Source: a bacterium (GTDB taxonomy: Bacteria > Patescibacteriota > JABMPQ01 > JBDRIV01). From it: 64,000 nt of DNA. Numbering within the stretch: position 1 is the first letter of the stretch; each line of letters opens with the position of its first letter. The DNA lies in contig JBDRIV010000002.1 of assembly GCA_043815505.1 (NCBI GenBank), forward strand, positions 438,943 through 502,942, read 5' to 3'. Positions 47,371-57,457 of this stretch are shown here, piece after piece. The translations under genes were made by a program, and so were the position numbers. The notes below the pieces were generated by a model. It worked only from the letters and a program-made list of their open reading frames with translations. It did no database searches and was not told the origin of the DNA.

Positions 47371-48659
47371 TGTCAAAAACAAAAATTATTATTGCAATCC
47401 TTGGTGGCTTAATTTTAATTTTACTGAGTAATTTTTTATTTGGCTTTGAAGCGTTTGCAAAACAGAATTTAATCAATTTAAATATTGATCTTTCAACCGT
47501 TAACAAAGGATATACAATTAATATTCCGGAAGAAAATTTAAGATTGGGAATTCAAAGCAGTTCTTATCCTTCAGAAATTAGTGTTAAAATAAATAAACAA
47601 GATATTATTTATGAAAACATTAGTGGCTATAAAAGAACCAGTCCAGTTTTTTCTTATGACATTGATAACAATGAAATAGTTTGGCCACAAAAAATGATTT
47701 GGGTAGCTGGAGAAATAAATAATAATAATCTGCGTCAGAAAAATATTGCTTACTTTGATAATAATGCTGGCCGCTGGATGTTGGCTAAAGGGTCAGTTGA
47801 TTATCAAAACGGAGAAATTAGAACAGCCCTACCGTTTCCTTATGTTGAATTTGCTGTATTTGAAAAAGAAGGATTATCTGAACCAACTATGAATTCAGTA
47901 AGTCAACCAGATATTCCTGCTCACGGTGGAATTGTAATCGATGTAGGAAGTGGAAAAATACTTTATCAGAAAAACATTGATGACGAAATGTCGCTGGCCA
48001 GTTTAACAAAACTTATTACTGCTAAAACATTTTTAAATATAAAAGGTAATTTAGACGGAGCAATTAATTATACTGCGATCGATAATAGTGCTGGAGCTAC
48101 TATAGCTTTTACCAATAACGAAAGCTTAAATATTAATGATTTATTTACAGCAGTAATTTCCGCTTCAGCTAATAATGGTGCTAAAACATTGCAAAGGGCC
48201 AGTGGTTTGAATTGGAACGATTTTATGGGTCAAATGAATGGTTATATCACAGATTTAGGCTTAATGAAAACAAAAGTCTACGAAGTCACAGGTCTTAATA
48301 GCAACAATCAAACAACAGCCAGAGAATTTGCCATCTTAGCCACTGACGCTTTCAGTCCCAAGGAAATTCTTATAGCCTCGACCAATCACGGAAAATACAT
48401 TCAGGGTCAGACAACGGGTAGAAGCTATTATATAAAAAATACCAATGATTTAGTGGCGGGAAAATATTATGTAAATGGTTCCAAGACTGGATATTTACCC
48501 CTGGCTAGTGGTGGTGATGGTTACAATTTAGCTATGAGCATTAAAGCAGCTGAAGGAAGAAATATAATTGGTGTGACTCTTGGCTCCGATGCCAAACAAA
48601 ATTCCTATAATGCCATGACCACCATGTTTGATTTCGTATTAAATAATATTTTTTACTAA
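47370..48659 (+). CDS. Peptidase S11 family D,D-peptidase with extra N-terminal beta domain
   Basis: ASLTK (SxxK), SAN (SxN), KTG; signal/TM segment; about 150-aa additional N-domain. Confidence 0.88.
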   Translation: MSKTKIIIAILGGLILILLSNFLFGFEAFAKQNLINLNIDLSTVNKGYTINIPEENLRLGIQSSSYPSEISVKINKQDIIYENISGYKRTSPVFSYDIDNNEIVWPQKMIWVAGEINNNNLRQKNIAYFDNNAGRWMLAKGSVDYQNGEIRTALPFPYVEFAVFEKEGLSEPTMNSVSQPDIPAHGGIVIDVGSGKILYQKNIDDEMSLASLTKLITAKTFLNIKGNLDGAINYTAIDNSAGATIAFTNNESLNINDLFTAVISASANNGAKTLQRASGLNWNDFMGQMNGYITDLGLMKTKVYEVTGLNSNNQTTAREFAILATDAFSPKEILIASTNHGKYIQGQTTGRSYYIKNTNDLVAGKYYVNGSKTGYLPLASGGDGYNLAMSIKAAEGRNIIGVTLGSDAKQNSYNAMTTMFDFVLNNIFY

Positions 48660-49114
48660 TGGAACAGCTTTGGACAATTCTAATAGCGGCGACACCAATT
48701 TTTGAACTACGAGGTGCAATTCCAATTGCTTTAACAGTTTATGATTTAGGTGTGGTAGAAACTTATATTCTGGCAGTAATTGGAAATCTTCTACCGATTA
48801 TAATAATTTTAAAATATTTGGTTCCGGTATCTAAATGGTTATCAGAAAACTTTAAACTGTTTAAAAAGTTTTTTGATTGGTTATTTGCTCGCACTAGAAG
48901 AAAATCTAGTAAATCATATAAAAGATTTGGGGCACTAGCTTTAATAATATTTGTCGCCATTCCCTTACCTATAACTGGCGCTTGGACAGGAGCAGCCGCA
49001 GCATTTGTGTTTGGGATTCCATACTTAAAAAGTTTATCACTAATTACAATTGGTGTTTTAATCTCTGGATTAATTGTAACCTTATCAACCATCGGAGTAA
49101 TAACATTATTTTAA
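48659..49114 (+). CDS. Putative small multi-drug export family membrane protein (COG2426-like)
   Basis: PIFELRGAIP, GNLLP, FVAIPLPITGAWTG. Confidence 0.85.
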   Translation: MEQLWTILIAATPIFELRGAIPIALTVYDLGVVETYILAVIGNLLPIIIILKYLVPVSKWLSENFKLFKKFFDWLFARTRRKSSKSYKRFGALALIIFVAIPLPITGAWTGAAAAFVFGIPYLKSLSLITIGVLISGLIVTLSTIGVITLF

Positions 49115-49118
49115 AACT

Positions 49119-49847
49119 ATGAAGAAATATTTATTTGCCAATTGGAAAATGAACAAAAATGTTAAGGAGGCAAAAGAGTTTACAAATGCTCTGGAAAAAA
49201 ATGATCAAGAAGAAAACGAAATAGTAATCTGTCCTTCAAGTATTGCCTTACAATCATTAAATGAATTCAAAAAAGAAAAAAATATCAAATTAGCATCCCA
49301 AAATATTTCGTCCAAGGAAGAAGGTGCCCTGACAGGAGAATTAGCAGCTACGCAAGTAAAAGAATTTTGTGAATACGTAATATGTGGTCACTCAGAAAGA
49401 AGGTATTATTTTGGAGAGTCAGATAAATTAATTGGTGAAAAAGTAAGAATGGTATTAAAGGAAGACATGATTCCGGTGATTTGTGTAGGTGAAACTTTAG
49501 CGGAGAAGAAGATTGGTCAAACAGAAGAGGTGGTTGGCAGTCAATTAGATATAATTTTTAAAGATGTGTCGGAACAAGATCAGGAAAAGTTCTTAATTGT
49601 TTATGAACCACGCTGGGCCATTAGCACCGCCGCAGATAATTTTGGAGAAGCGGATACACCAGCCAATGCCGAAGCGGTAGCAAAAATAATAAAGAAAAAA
49701 TATCCTAAAACAACAGTTATTTATGGTGGTTCTGTTGATCCAAATAACATAGAAAATTTCCTTAAAATGCCCAATATCTCTGGAGCTTTGGTTGGTGGGG
49801 CCAGTCTGGAAGTAGGTAAATTTAATTCCATGACAAAACTGCTATAA
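49119..49847 (+). CDS. tpiA: Triosephosphate isomerase
   Basis: ANWKMN, GHSERR, YEPRWAI, YGGSV, LVGGASL. Confidence 0.97.
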   Translation: MKKYLFANWKMNKNVKEAKEFTNALEKNDQEENEIVICPSSIALQSLNEFKKEKNIKLASQNISSKEEGALTGELAATQVKEFCEYVICGHSERRYYFGESDKLIGEKVRMVLKEDMIPVICVGETLAEKKIGQTEEVVGSQLDIIFKDVSEQDQEKFLIVYEPRWAISTAADNFGEADTPANAEAVAKIIKKKYPKTTVIYGGSVDPNNIENFLKMPNISGALVGGASLEVGKFNSMTKLL

Positions 49848-49895
49848 ACGTGGTATAATAAAATATTATTTACGAAATTATTAAACAAAAACAAT

Positions 49896-50900
49896 ATGCC
49901 AATTAAAATTGCTATAAATGGCTTTGGTCGCATTGGACGACCTTCCTTTAAAATTGCTTTAGAGAACAAAAATGTAGAAATAGTTGCTATCAATGATTTA
50001 ACTGACAATAAAACCTTGGCCAATTTATTACAATATGACACTGCTTATGGGAAATATGGAAAAGAAGTGACCCATGACGATGATCATTTAATTGTCGACG
50101 GTAAGAAATATATAGCTTTGTCAGAACCTGATCCAACAAAGTTGCCCTGGAAGGATTTAAATGTGGATGTGGTTTTAGAATGTACAGGAGTTTTTCGTGA
50201 TTCCGAAGGAGCAATGAAACATATTTCTGCTGGAGCTAAAACAGTTTTACTATCAGCTCCAGGAAAATCAAAAGACATTCAAACCTTTGTTAAGGGAGTA
50301 AATAATGACAGTTTTGACAAAGAAAATAATAAAATTGTTTCTAATGCATCCTGTACGACCAATTGTATTGCGCCAGTAATGGCAGTTCTGCAAAACAGTT
50401 TTGGTGTAGCCAAGGCTTTTATGACTACCGTTCATTCTTATACCGCCGACCAAAATATTGTTGATGGACCGCATAAAGATTTGCGTCGTGGTAGAACTGC
50501 CGGGCAAAATATTGTTCCCACCACAACTGGGGCAGCTATTGCAACCACAAAAACAATTCCAAAGCTGGAAGGAAAATTTGATGGGATGGCCATCAGAATT
50601 CCTACACAAGTTGGTTCGCTTTCAGATATTACAGCCGTTTTAAGCAAAGATGTAACAGTAGAAGATATTAATAAGGTTCTAACTGAAGCAAGTAAAAACC
50701 CAATTTACAAAGGAATATTGGAAGTTACCAGCGAAGCAATAGTCTCATCCGATATAATTGCCAATCCTCATTCAGCTATAGTTGATTTATCTTTTACCAA
50801 GGTTGTAGGAGGAAATTTAGTAAAAGTTCTGGCTTGGTATGACAACGAATGGGGATATTCTAATAGATTAATCGAAATAGCTGAACAGTTTGGAAAATAA
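49896..50900 (+). CDS. gap: Glyceraldehyde-3-phosphate dehydrogenase, type I
   Basis: INGFGRIGR, SNASCTTNC, AWYDNEWGYS. Confidence 0.98.
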   Translation: MPIKIAINGFGRIGRPSFKIALENKNVEIVAINDLTDNKTLANLLQYDTAYGKYGKEVTHDDDHLIVDGKKYIALSEPDPTKLPWKDLNVDVVLECTGVFRDSEGAMKHISAGAKTVLLSAPGKSKDIQTFVKGVNNDSFDKENNKIVSNASCTTNCIAPVMAVLQNSFGVAKAFMTTVHSYTADQNIVDGPHKDLRRGRTAGQNIVPTTTGAAIATTKTIPKLEGKFDGMAIRIPTQVGSLSDITAVLSKDVTVEDINKVLTEASKNPIYKGILEVTSEAIVSSDIIANPHSAIVDLSFTKVVGGNLVKVLAWYDNEWGYSNRLIEIAEQFGK

Positions 50901-52109
50901 ATGAAGGAATATTTTACAATTGATGATTTTGATTATGCCGACAAAGTTGTTTTGGTAAGAATTAATGCTGATAGTCCAATTGTTAATGGTAAGGTAGAAG
51001 ATAATCCTAGATTATCTGAAGATGCCAAACTATTAGGTAATTTGGCTAGCAAAAATGCTAAAGTAGTTGCTTTGGGACACCAAAGTCGTCCTGGCAAAGA
51101 TGATTGTATTTCACTTCGTGATCACGCTAAAATTTATGCAGAAAAAACTGGATTAAAAATTAAATTTGTAGATGATATTTTTGGAGAGAAAACTATAAAA
51201 GCAATCAGACATTTAAAATCTGGTGAAATATTGATTTTAGATAATGCTCGCTTTTATGAAGGTGAAATGGTGGAAAAAACTTCTGCCGAACATCACGAAT
51301 CAGAGTTAGTTCAAGGACTAGAAAAGGAAATCGATTATGTGGTACAAAATGCTTTTACCAATGCTCATCGAGCTCATGCCAGTATGATTGGTTTTACAGA
51401 GGTTCCCAATATTGCTGGACCGTTATTTAATAAAGAGATTTCGTCTATAAATGAATTTATAAATAATACTGACCCATTAACTTTAGTTTTGGGCGGTTTA
51501 AAAATTGATGATTATTTAGTTATAATAGAGAAATGTTTAAAGGATAATTCCGCAGAAAAAATAATAGCTGGTGGTGCTTTAGGAGAATTATGTCTAATGG
51601 CCAAAGGAATAAGACTGGGAGCTAAAGAAGTATTTTTTGAAAAAGAATTGCTTGATATGATACCCAAACTGAAAACACTATTGGAAAAATATGATAAGAA
51701 ATGGTTACTACCAGAGGATGTAGCAATAAGTAAAAATAATAGTAGAAAAAATATTTGCATAGCAAATTTACCAACAGAAGAAATGATTTTTGATATTGGT
51801 GATGCCACGATAGATAGTTTTACTAAAGAAATAAATAAGGCTAAAAAACTATATGTCAAAGGTCCAATGGGGGCTTATGATAAAGAAGGATTTACCAAAG
51901 GAAGTAGAACTATTATGAAAGTAATTGCAGAGAGTAAAGCTGTTTCGTTAGTGGGAGGTGGTCATAGTTCCGATTTAGCAGAAGAAACAAAATCTGGAAA
52001 TTTTAATCATGTAAGTTTAGCTGGCGGAGCCACTCTTAAAATGATAGCTGGTGAAGAATTACCAACCACTAAATTTCTAAAATCTAACTACATAAAATTT
52101 AAATCATGA
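50901..52109 (+). CDS. pgk: Phosphoglycerate kinase (archaeal-like)
   Basis: HQSRPG, NARF, AHRAHAS, GPMG, GGGHS, SLAGGA; lies between gap and eno. Confidence 0.9.
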   Translation: MKEYFTIDDFDYADKVVLVRINADSPIVNGKVEDNPRLSEDAKLLGNLASKNAKVVALGHQSRPGKDDCISLRDHAKIYAEKTGLKIKFVDDIFGEKTIKAIRHLKSGEILILDNARFYEGEMVEKTSAEHHESELVQGLEKEIDYVVQNAFTNAHRAHASMIGFTEVPNIAGPLFNKEISSINEFINNTDPLTLVLGGLKIDDYLVIIEKCLKDNSAEKIIAGGALGELCLMAKGIRLGAKEVFFEKELLDMIPKLKTLLEKYDKKWLLPEDVAISKNNSRKNICIANLPTEEMIFDIGDATIDSFTKEINKAKKLYVKGPMGAYDKEGFTKGSRTIMKVIAESKAVSLVGGGHSSDLAEETKSGNFNHVSLAGGATLKMIAGEELPTTKFLKSNYIKFKS

Positions 52110-53377
52110 TAAATACTATTGAACATATATATGCTCGCGAAATTCTAGATTCTCGTGGTAATCCCACGGTTTGTGTTGATGTTATTTTAGATAACGGAAA
52201 AAAGGGTGTGAGTGCCGTTCCTTCAGGAGCCTCGGCTGGAATTCATGAAGCTTTGGAACTCAGGGATAACAATATGGCTAGATATTTAGGCAAAGGTGTT
52301 AAAAATGCCGTGGAAAACATTAACAATATTATTGCTAGGGAATTAAAAGGAAAAAGTATTTTAGATCAGGAAAATATTGATAATCTACTTATAGATTTAG
52401 ATGGCACCCATCAAAAATCATATTTGGGTGCTAACGCAATTTTAGGTGTTTCCATGGCTTGCATCAGAGCTCATGCTGTGGCTCGGAACATGGAATTGTT
52501 TAAGGTAATAGCTGATATTTATGGTAATAAAAAAGACTATTTTATACCCACCCCTATGGTTAATATAATTAACGGTGGTAAGCATGCAGATACTAACCTA
52601 AATTTTCAAGAGTTTATGGTCGTACCAGCTAGTGATATTGATTACAAAGAACAACTTCGTTTGGTTTCGGAAGTATTTCATACATTAGCCACTGTTATGA
52701 AATTAAAAAAATTAGATACTGATACTGGTAATGAAGGTGGTTATGCTCCAGATGTAAAATCAAATGAACAACCTTTAGAACTTTTATGTGAAACCTTTGA
52801 TCAAATGCAATACGAACCTGGTAAGGATGTTTTTATTGCGATGGATGTGGCTGCTTCAACCTTTTATAATCCGGGAGATAAAAATTACCATTTATCAGTA
52901 GACAATAAGAAATATAGTGTGGAGCAGATGATAAGTTTGTATAAGAAATTTGTCAATAAATATCCCATTGTTTCAATTGAAGATCCTTTAAATGAGGATG
53001 ATTTTTCTGGGTGGGCTAATCTTAGACAAAAGCTGGGTGAGAATATTATGATTGTAGGTGACGATATTTTTGTAACCAATGTAGAGCGTCTAAAACAAGG
53101 GGTAGAAAAAGGAAGTGCTAATTCAGTTATTATAAAACCAAATCAGGTGGGAACAATTACTGAAACATTTAATTGTATTCGTTTTGCTCGTGATAACGGA
53201 ATTACAACTGTAGTTTCTCATCGTTCTGGTGAAACAATTGACGACACCATTGCTGACATTGCAGTTGGTACCGGTTCCGAATTTATAAAAGCAGGATCTT
53301 GTGCGCACGGTGAACGAGTAGCCAAATATAATCGCTTATTATTGATTGAAGAAAAAATAAAGAAAGATGCAGAATAA
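52106..53377 (+). CDS. eno: Enolase
   Basis: EILDSRGNPT, VPSGAS..EALELRD, SIEDP, IKPNQVGT, SHRSGET, ERVAKYN. Confidence 0.98.
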   Translation: MINTIEHIYAREILDSRGNPTVCVDVILDNGKKGVSAVPSGASAGIHEALELRDNNMARYLGKGVKNAVENINNIIARELKGKSILDQENIDNLLIDLDGTHQKSYLGANAILGVSMACIRAHAVARNMELFKVIADIYGNKKDYFIPTPMVNIINGGKHADTNLNFQEFMVVPASDIDYKEQLRLVSEVFHTLATVMKLKKLDTDTGNEGGYAPDVKSNEQPLELLCETFDQMQYEPGKDVFIAMDVAASTFYNPGDKNYHLSVDNKKYSVEQMISLYKKFVNKYPIVSIEDPLNEDDFSGWANLRQKLGENIMIVGDDIFVTNVERLKQGVEKGSANSVIIKPNQVGTITETFNCIRFARDNGITTVVSHRSGETIDDTIADIAVGTGSEFIKAGSCAHGERVAKYNRLLLIEEKIKKDAE

Positions 53378-54957
53378 AGAAAATAAAAAAATTGTTTTAT
53401 TAGTTTCTCTTGACGGTTGGGGAATAGCCCCACCGTCTCGTGGTAATGCCATTGAACTTGCTAAAACTCCCGTTTATGACAGTTTATTAATGGAATTTCC
53501 TCATGCCACTCTACAAGCCAGTGGTGAAAGTGTGGGATTGCCCTGGCAAGAAATGGGAAATTCAGAAGTTGGTCATATGAATATGGGAAGTGGAAGAATT
53601 ATTTATCAGGATTTAGTGAAAATAAATAAAAGTGTTATGAATGGTTCTTTTTTACATAATCCCGCTTTTAGGGAAGCAACAGCTCACGTTAAGAAAAATA
53701 ATTCTGCTTTGCATTTTATGGGCTTAATGAGTCCAGGCGGAGTTCATAGTCACATGAGTCATTTGTTTGCTTTGATTCAAATGGCCAAAAAGGAAAAAAT
53801 TGAAAAAGTTTACATCCACATTTTTGCTGATGGTAGAGATACGCCACCAAAAAGCATTCTCCAATATTTGCCTGAGCTGCAAAAAGCTATAAAAAAAAAA
53901 TAAAACTGGAGAAATTGCGACTGTAATAGGAAGATTTTATGCTTTAGATAGAGATAGAAGATGGGATCGAATAAAAAAAACTTATGATGCCATTGTCCAT
54001 GGTCGTGGTATAACAGCTAAAACTCCAGAAGAGGCAATAAATGAGTCTTACAAAAAGGAAATTGCTGACGAAGAAATTGAACCAACGGTTATTGAAAAAA
54101 AAGGAAAACCGGTTGCGACTTTAAATGATAATGATGCTGTTATATTTTTTGATTATCGTGCAGATCGAGCGAGACAACTTACTAAAGCTATTATTGTACC
54201 TGGATTTAATAAGTTTGAATTAGGTGAACAAAGAAAGAATCTAAAATTTGTAACCATGACAGAATACGATTTGGATTTACCTGTCAGTGTTGCTTTTCCC
54301 AGAGAAGAAGTTAAAAATTCATTGGGAGAAGTTTTAAGTAATAATAGTATGAAACAATTTCGTGTAGCAGAAACTGAAAAATACGCCCACGTTACATTTT
54401 TTTTCAACTGTGGACAAGTTGACCCCTTTCCAGGCGAGGAAAGAGAGCTTGTTTCCTCACCGATGGTAAATCACTATAATGATGTTCCAGAAATGAGCGC
54501 CTTACCAATAACAGATATAACTGTTAAAGCGGTTTTGTCTAAAAAGTACAATTTTATTTTATTAAATTATGCCAACGCAGATATGCTTGGTCACACCGGT
54601 GATATTGACGCCACCATTAAAGGTATAGAAGTTATTGACAATCAGCTAGGAAAATTAAAAGAAGCAATTTTGCAGATTGGTGGAACGATGGTAATTACTG
54701 CTGATCATGGGAATTGCGAAGTAATGCGTAATTCCAAGACTGGAGAAATTGATAAAGAGCATACCGCCAATCCCGTACCTTTAATCCTTGTTGGCAAAGA
54801 AAAATTGAATCCACAATTAAAAGAAAAACCTGATTTAAGTATTTTGGCACCCTACGGAGTACTAGGAGATATCGCTCCTACAATTTTAGAAATTCTCAAT
54901 ATTCCTAAACCCGAAGAAATGACAGGAATAAGTTTATATAAAATATTGAAACAATAA
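53367..54957 (+). pseudogene. gpmI: 2,3-BPG-independent phosphoglycerate mutase, split by one extra base in an A10 tract (53891-53900)
   Basis: First frame LDGWG, MGNSEVGH, GGVHSH, DGRD; shifted frame continues GRFYALDRDRRW, RADRARQ, AETEKYAHVTFFFN, NADMLGHTG, TADHGN; may be a sequencing error in an intact gene. Confidence 0.85.
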
Positions 54958-54966
54958 TTTAAAATT

Positions 54967-55542
54967 ATGAATAAAATCAAAGTTAAAATAGAAGTATCGG
55001 CCAAACATCTTCATATCTCCAGAGAAGATTTAGATGTTTTATTCGGTAAGGATTATGAACTGAAGAAAAAGAAAGACTTATCTCAAACTGGAGAATTTGC
55101 ATCTGAGGAAAAAGTAGATTTAATAAATGGAGATAAAAAATTAGAGGGTATTAGAATTGTGGGGCCTATAAGAAAGAAAACGCAAATTGAATTAGCCATA
55201 ACTGATGCTATAAAACTTGGAATAAAACCACCGCTTAGAATTTCTGGTAACACAGAAAATTCAGAAACTGTAAAAGTGGTAGGGCCTAAGGGAACTTTGG
55301 AATTGAAAGAAGGAGTAATTATAGCTAAAAGACATTTGCACATTTCAACAGCTGAAGCTGAAAATTATGGTCTGAAAAACAATCAGGTTGTAAAATTGAA
55401 AATTCTAGGTGAAAGAAAATTAGTTTTTGATGAAATAGTTGTTCGGATTGCAGATAATTACAAATTTATGATTCATCTAGACACAGACGAAGCCAACGCC
55501 GCTCATATTTCAAATATGGATGAAGGAGAAATAATTATTTGA
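54967..55542 (+). CDS. pduL: Phosphate propanoyl/acetyltransferase PduL
   Basis: SAKHLHIS, LSQTGEF, RISG, IAKRHLH, HLDTDEANA. Confidence 0.93.
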   Translation: MNKIKVKIEVSAKHLHISREDLDVLFGKDYELKKKKDLSQTGEFASEEKVDLINGDKKLEGIRIVGPIRKKTQIELAITDAIKLGIKPPLRISGNTENSETVKVVGPKGTLELKEGVIIAKRHLHISTAEAENYGLKNNQVVKLKILGERKLVFDEIVVRIADNYKFMIHLDTDEANAAHISNMDEGEIII

Positions 55543-56591
55543 AGATGAAATTCATTTTAGTTTTCAATGCCGGGAGCACATCGCTGAAATACAAATTGTT
55601 TTCTAACAAAACAAGTTTTTTGCGACTAGAAAAAGAAGGTTATATTGAAAATTTAGGAACTAAAACAAAAAACCATAAGCAGGCAGTTAGAAAAATTAGT
55701 AAGGAAATTAAAAACTATAAAATTGACTATATTGGGCACAGAATTGTTCATGGGGGAGCAAAATATAAAAATCTAACCAGAATTAATAAAGACGTATTAA
55801 AGGAAATTAAAAATTTAATACCTCTGGCACCACTGCACAACAAACCTGGTTTAGAAGTAGTTGAAGAAGCCTTAAAGCTTTTTCCAGCCACTAAATCTTA
55901 TGCCATGTTTGACACTGGTTTCTATCACTCTTTGGCTGAGGAGACAAGAAATTATGCCTTGCCGCGAACTATAGTAGAAAAACTAAAAATAAAAAGATAT
56001 GGTTTTCATGGGATTTCTCATGAATTTGTGGCCGAAAAAGCTTCACAAATATTACATAAATCTTTAAGTAACCTAAATTTAATTACAGTGCATTTGGGTG
56101 GTGGTGCCAGTATCACCGCCATTGAACAAGGTATTGCCAAAGACACGAGCATGGGATTCACGCCATTGGAAGGATTAATAATGATGACACGATCGGGAGA
56201 TATTGATCCCGCCATTCCACTTTGGTTGATGGAAAAAGGAAAGTATTCGTTAGCAAAAACGAAAGAAATTCTCGAGAAAGAAAGCGGCCTGTATGGAATG
56301 ACCAAACAAAAAGATATGTTAAAAATTATTAAAAGAGTTAGAGAAGGTGATAACAGAGCAAAAAATGCTTATAACATGTATTGTTACAGAGTAAAAAAAT
56401 ATATTGGATCATATAGGGCCATTCTTAAAGATGTTAACGCCTTAGTTTTCACTGGTGCAGTGGGAGCTGGTGATTCGTTAACCAGAACAACAATTCTTAA
56501 AGATTTAAATATTATAAAAGGAATTCCTGTTTTAACAATTCCTACCGACGAAGAATTTATGATCGCTAGTAAAATTAATAATAAAATATGA
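55539..56591 (+). CDS. ackA: Acetate kinase
   Basis: NAGSTSLK, GHRIVHGG, APLHN, YGFHGISH, HLGGGAS, TSMGFTPLEG, PTDEE; start TTG 55539 or ATG 55545. Confidence 0.96.
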   Translation: MKMKFILVFNAGSTSLKYKLFSNKTSFLRLEKEGYIENLGTKTKNHKQAVRKISKEIKNYKIDYIGHRIVHGGAKYKNLTRINKDVLKEIKNLIPLAPLHNKPGLEVVEEALKLFPATKSYAMFDTGFYHSLAEETRNYALPRTIVEKLKIKRYGFHGISHEFVAEKASQILHKSLSNLNLITVHLGGGASITAIEQGIAKDTSMGFTPLEGLIMMTRSGDIDPAIPLWLMEKGKYSLAKTKEILEKESGLYGMTKQKDMLKIIKRVREGDNRAKNAYNMYCYRVKKYIGSYRAILKDVNALVFTGAVGAGDSLTRTTILKDLNIIKGIPVLTIPTDEEFMIASKINNKI

Positions 56592-57457
56592 TGTATTGGG
56601 GTTTTGATATCGGTGGCACAAAAATAGCAGCCGGTATTGTTAAAAACAATAAAATTATAAAAAAGTTAGTCATAGTTCACCATTTAAAAAGAGGGAGAAA
56701 ATATTTTGATAAAACTCTAAATACCATTATTGATGATTTGCTAGTATTTGGAAAACCTAAGGGAGTTGGAATTGGAGTGAAGGGCATAGTAAGTCAGAAA
56801 GAGAAAACAATAAAATCAGAAGTTCTGAAAGGAATTAATATTGTTGCTTTAATAAAAAAGAAAGTTGGAAATGTTAAAATAAAAATTGACAACGATGCTT
56901 CTACCTTTACTTTATACGAAAGTGTTTTTGGAAAAGCTAAAAAAGAAAATTATGTTTTTGGTTTAACACTAGGGACAGGAATTGGTACAGGATTTACAAT
57001 AGATAACAAGATTTATAGAGACAGAGGTTATGTCTTAGAACTGGGCCACATGATAATCCAAGTTGATGGCAGAAAATTAAATGGTAGACAAGGAACTTTA
57101 GAGATTTATTCTTCTGGTTCAGGAATTGAAGATGCTTATTTAAAAAGGTATAAAAAAAGAAAAAAAAGTAGACAAATATTTGCTGATGCCAGAAACAAAT
57201 CAAGTAAAGATTGTGCTATTGTAAAAGAAGGAGCAGAATATTTAGGTATCGGTTTAGTAAATATTATAAACATATTTCATCCCGATTGTATTGTTATTGG
57301 TGGCGGCCTGTCGGAAAATAAATGGTATATAGAATTAGCTAAAAAGGAAATCAAGAAAAGGATTAAACACATAAGCTTGGGAACAAAAGTAATTATCACC
57401 AGTAATCAATTAAATTCAGCTATAATTGGACCAACTTTACTACTAACACATGGATAA
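56588..57457 (+). CDS. ROK family sugar kinase (glucokinase-like)
   Basis: DIGGTK, DNDA, LGTGIG, ELGH, IGGG. Confidence 0.9.
   Translation: MMYWGFDIGGTKIAAGIVKNNKIIKKLVIVHHLKRGRKYFDKTLNTIIDDLLVFGKPKGVGIGVKGIVSQKEKTIKSEVLKGINIVALIKKKVGNVKIKIDNDASTFTLYESVFGKAKKENYVFGLTLGTGIGTGFTIDNKIYRDRGYVLELGHMIIQVDGRKLNGRQGTLEIYSSGSGIEDAYLKRYKKRKKSRQIFADARNKSSKDCAIVKEGAEYLGIGLVNIINIFHPDCIVIGGGLSENKWYIELAKKEIKKRIKHISLGTKVIITSNQLNSAIIGPTLLLTHG

Noticed and set aside
54256-54957. Independent 233-aa gene
   Set aside because: It is the C-terminal part of frameshifted gpmI; the same frame is open and homologous from about 53899
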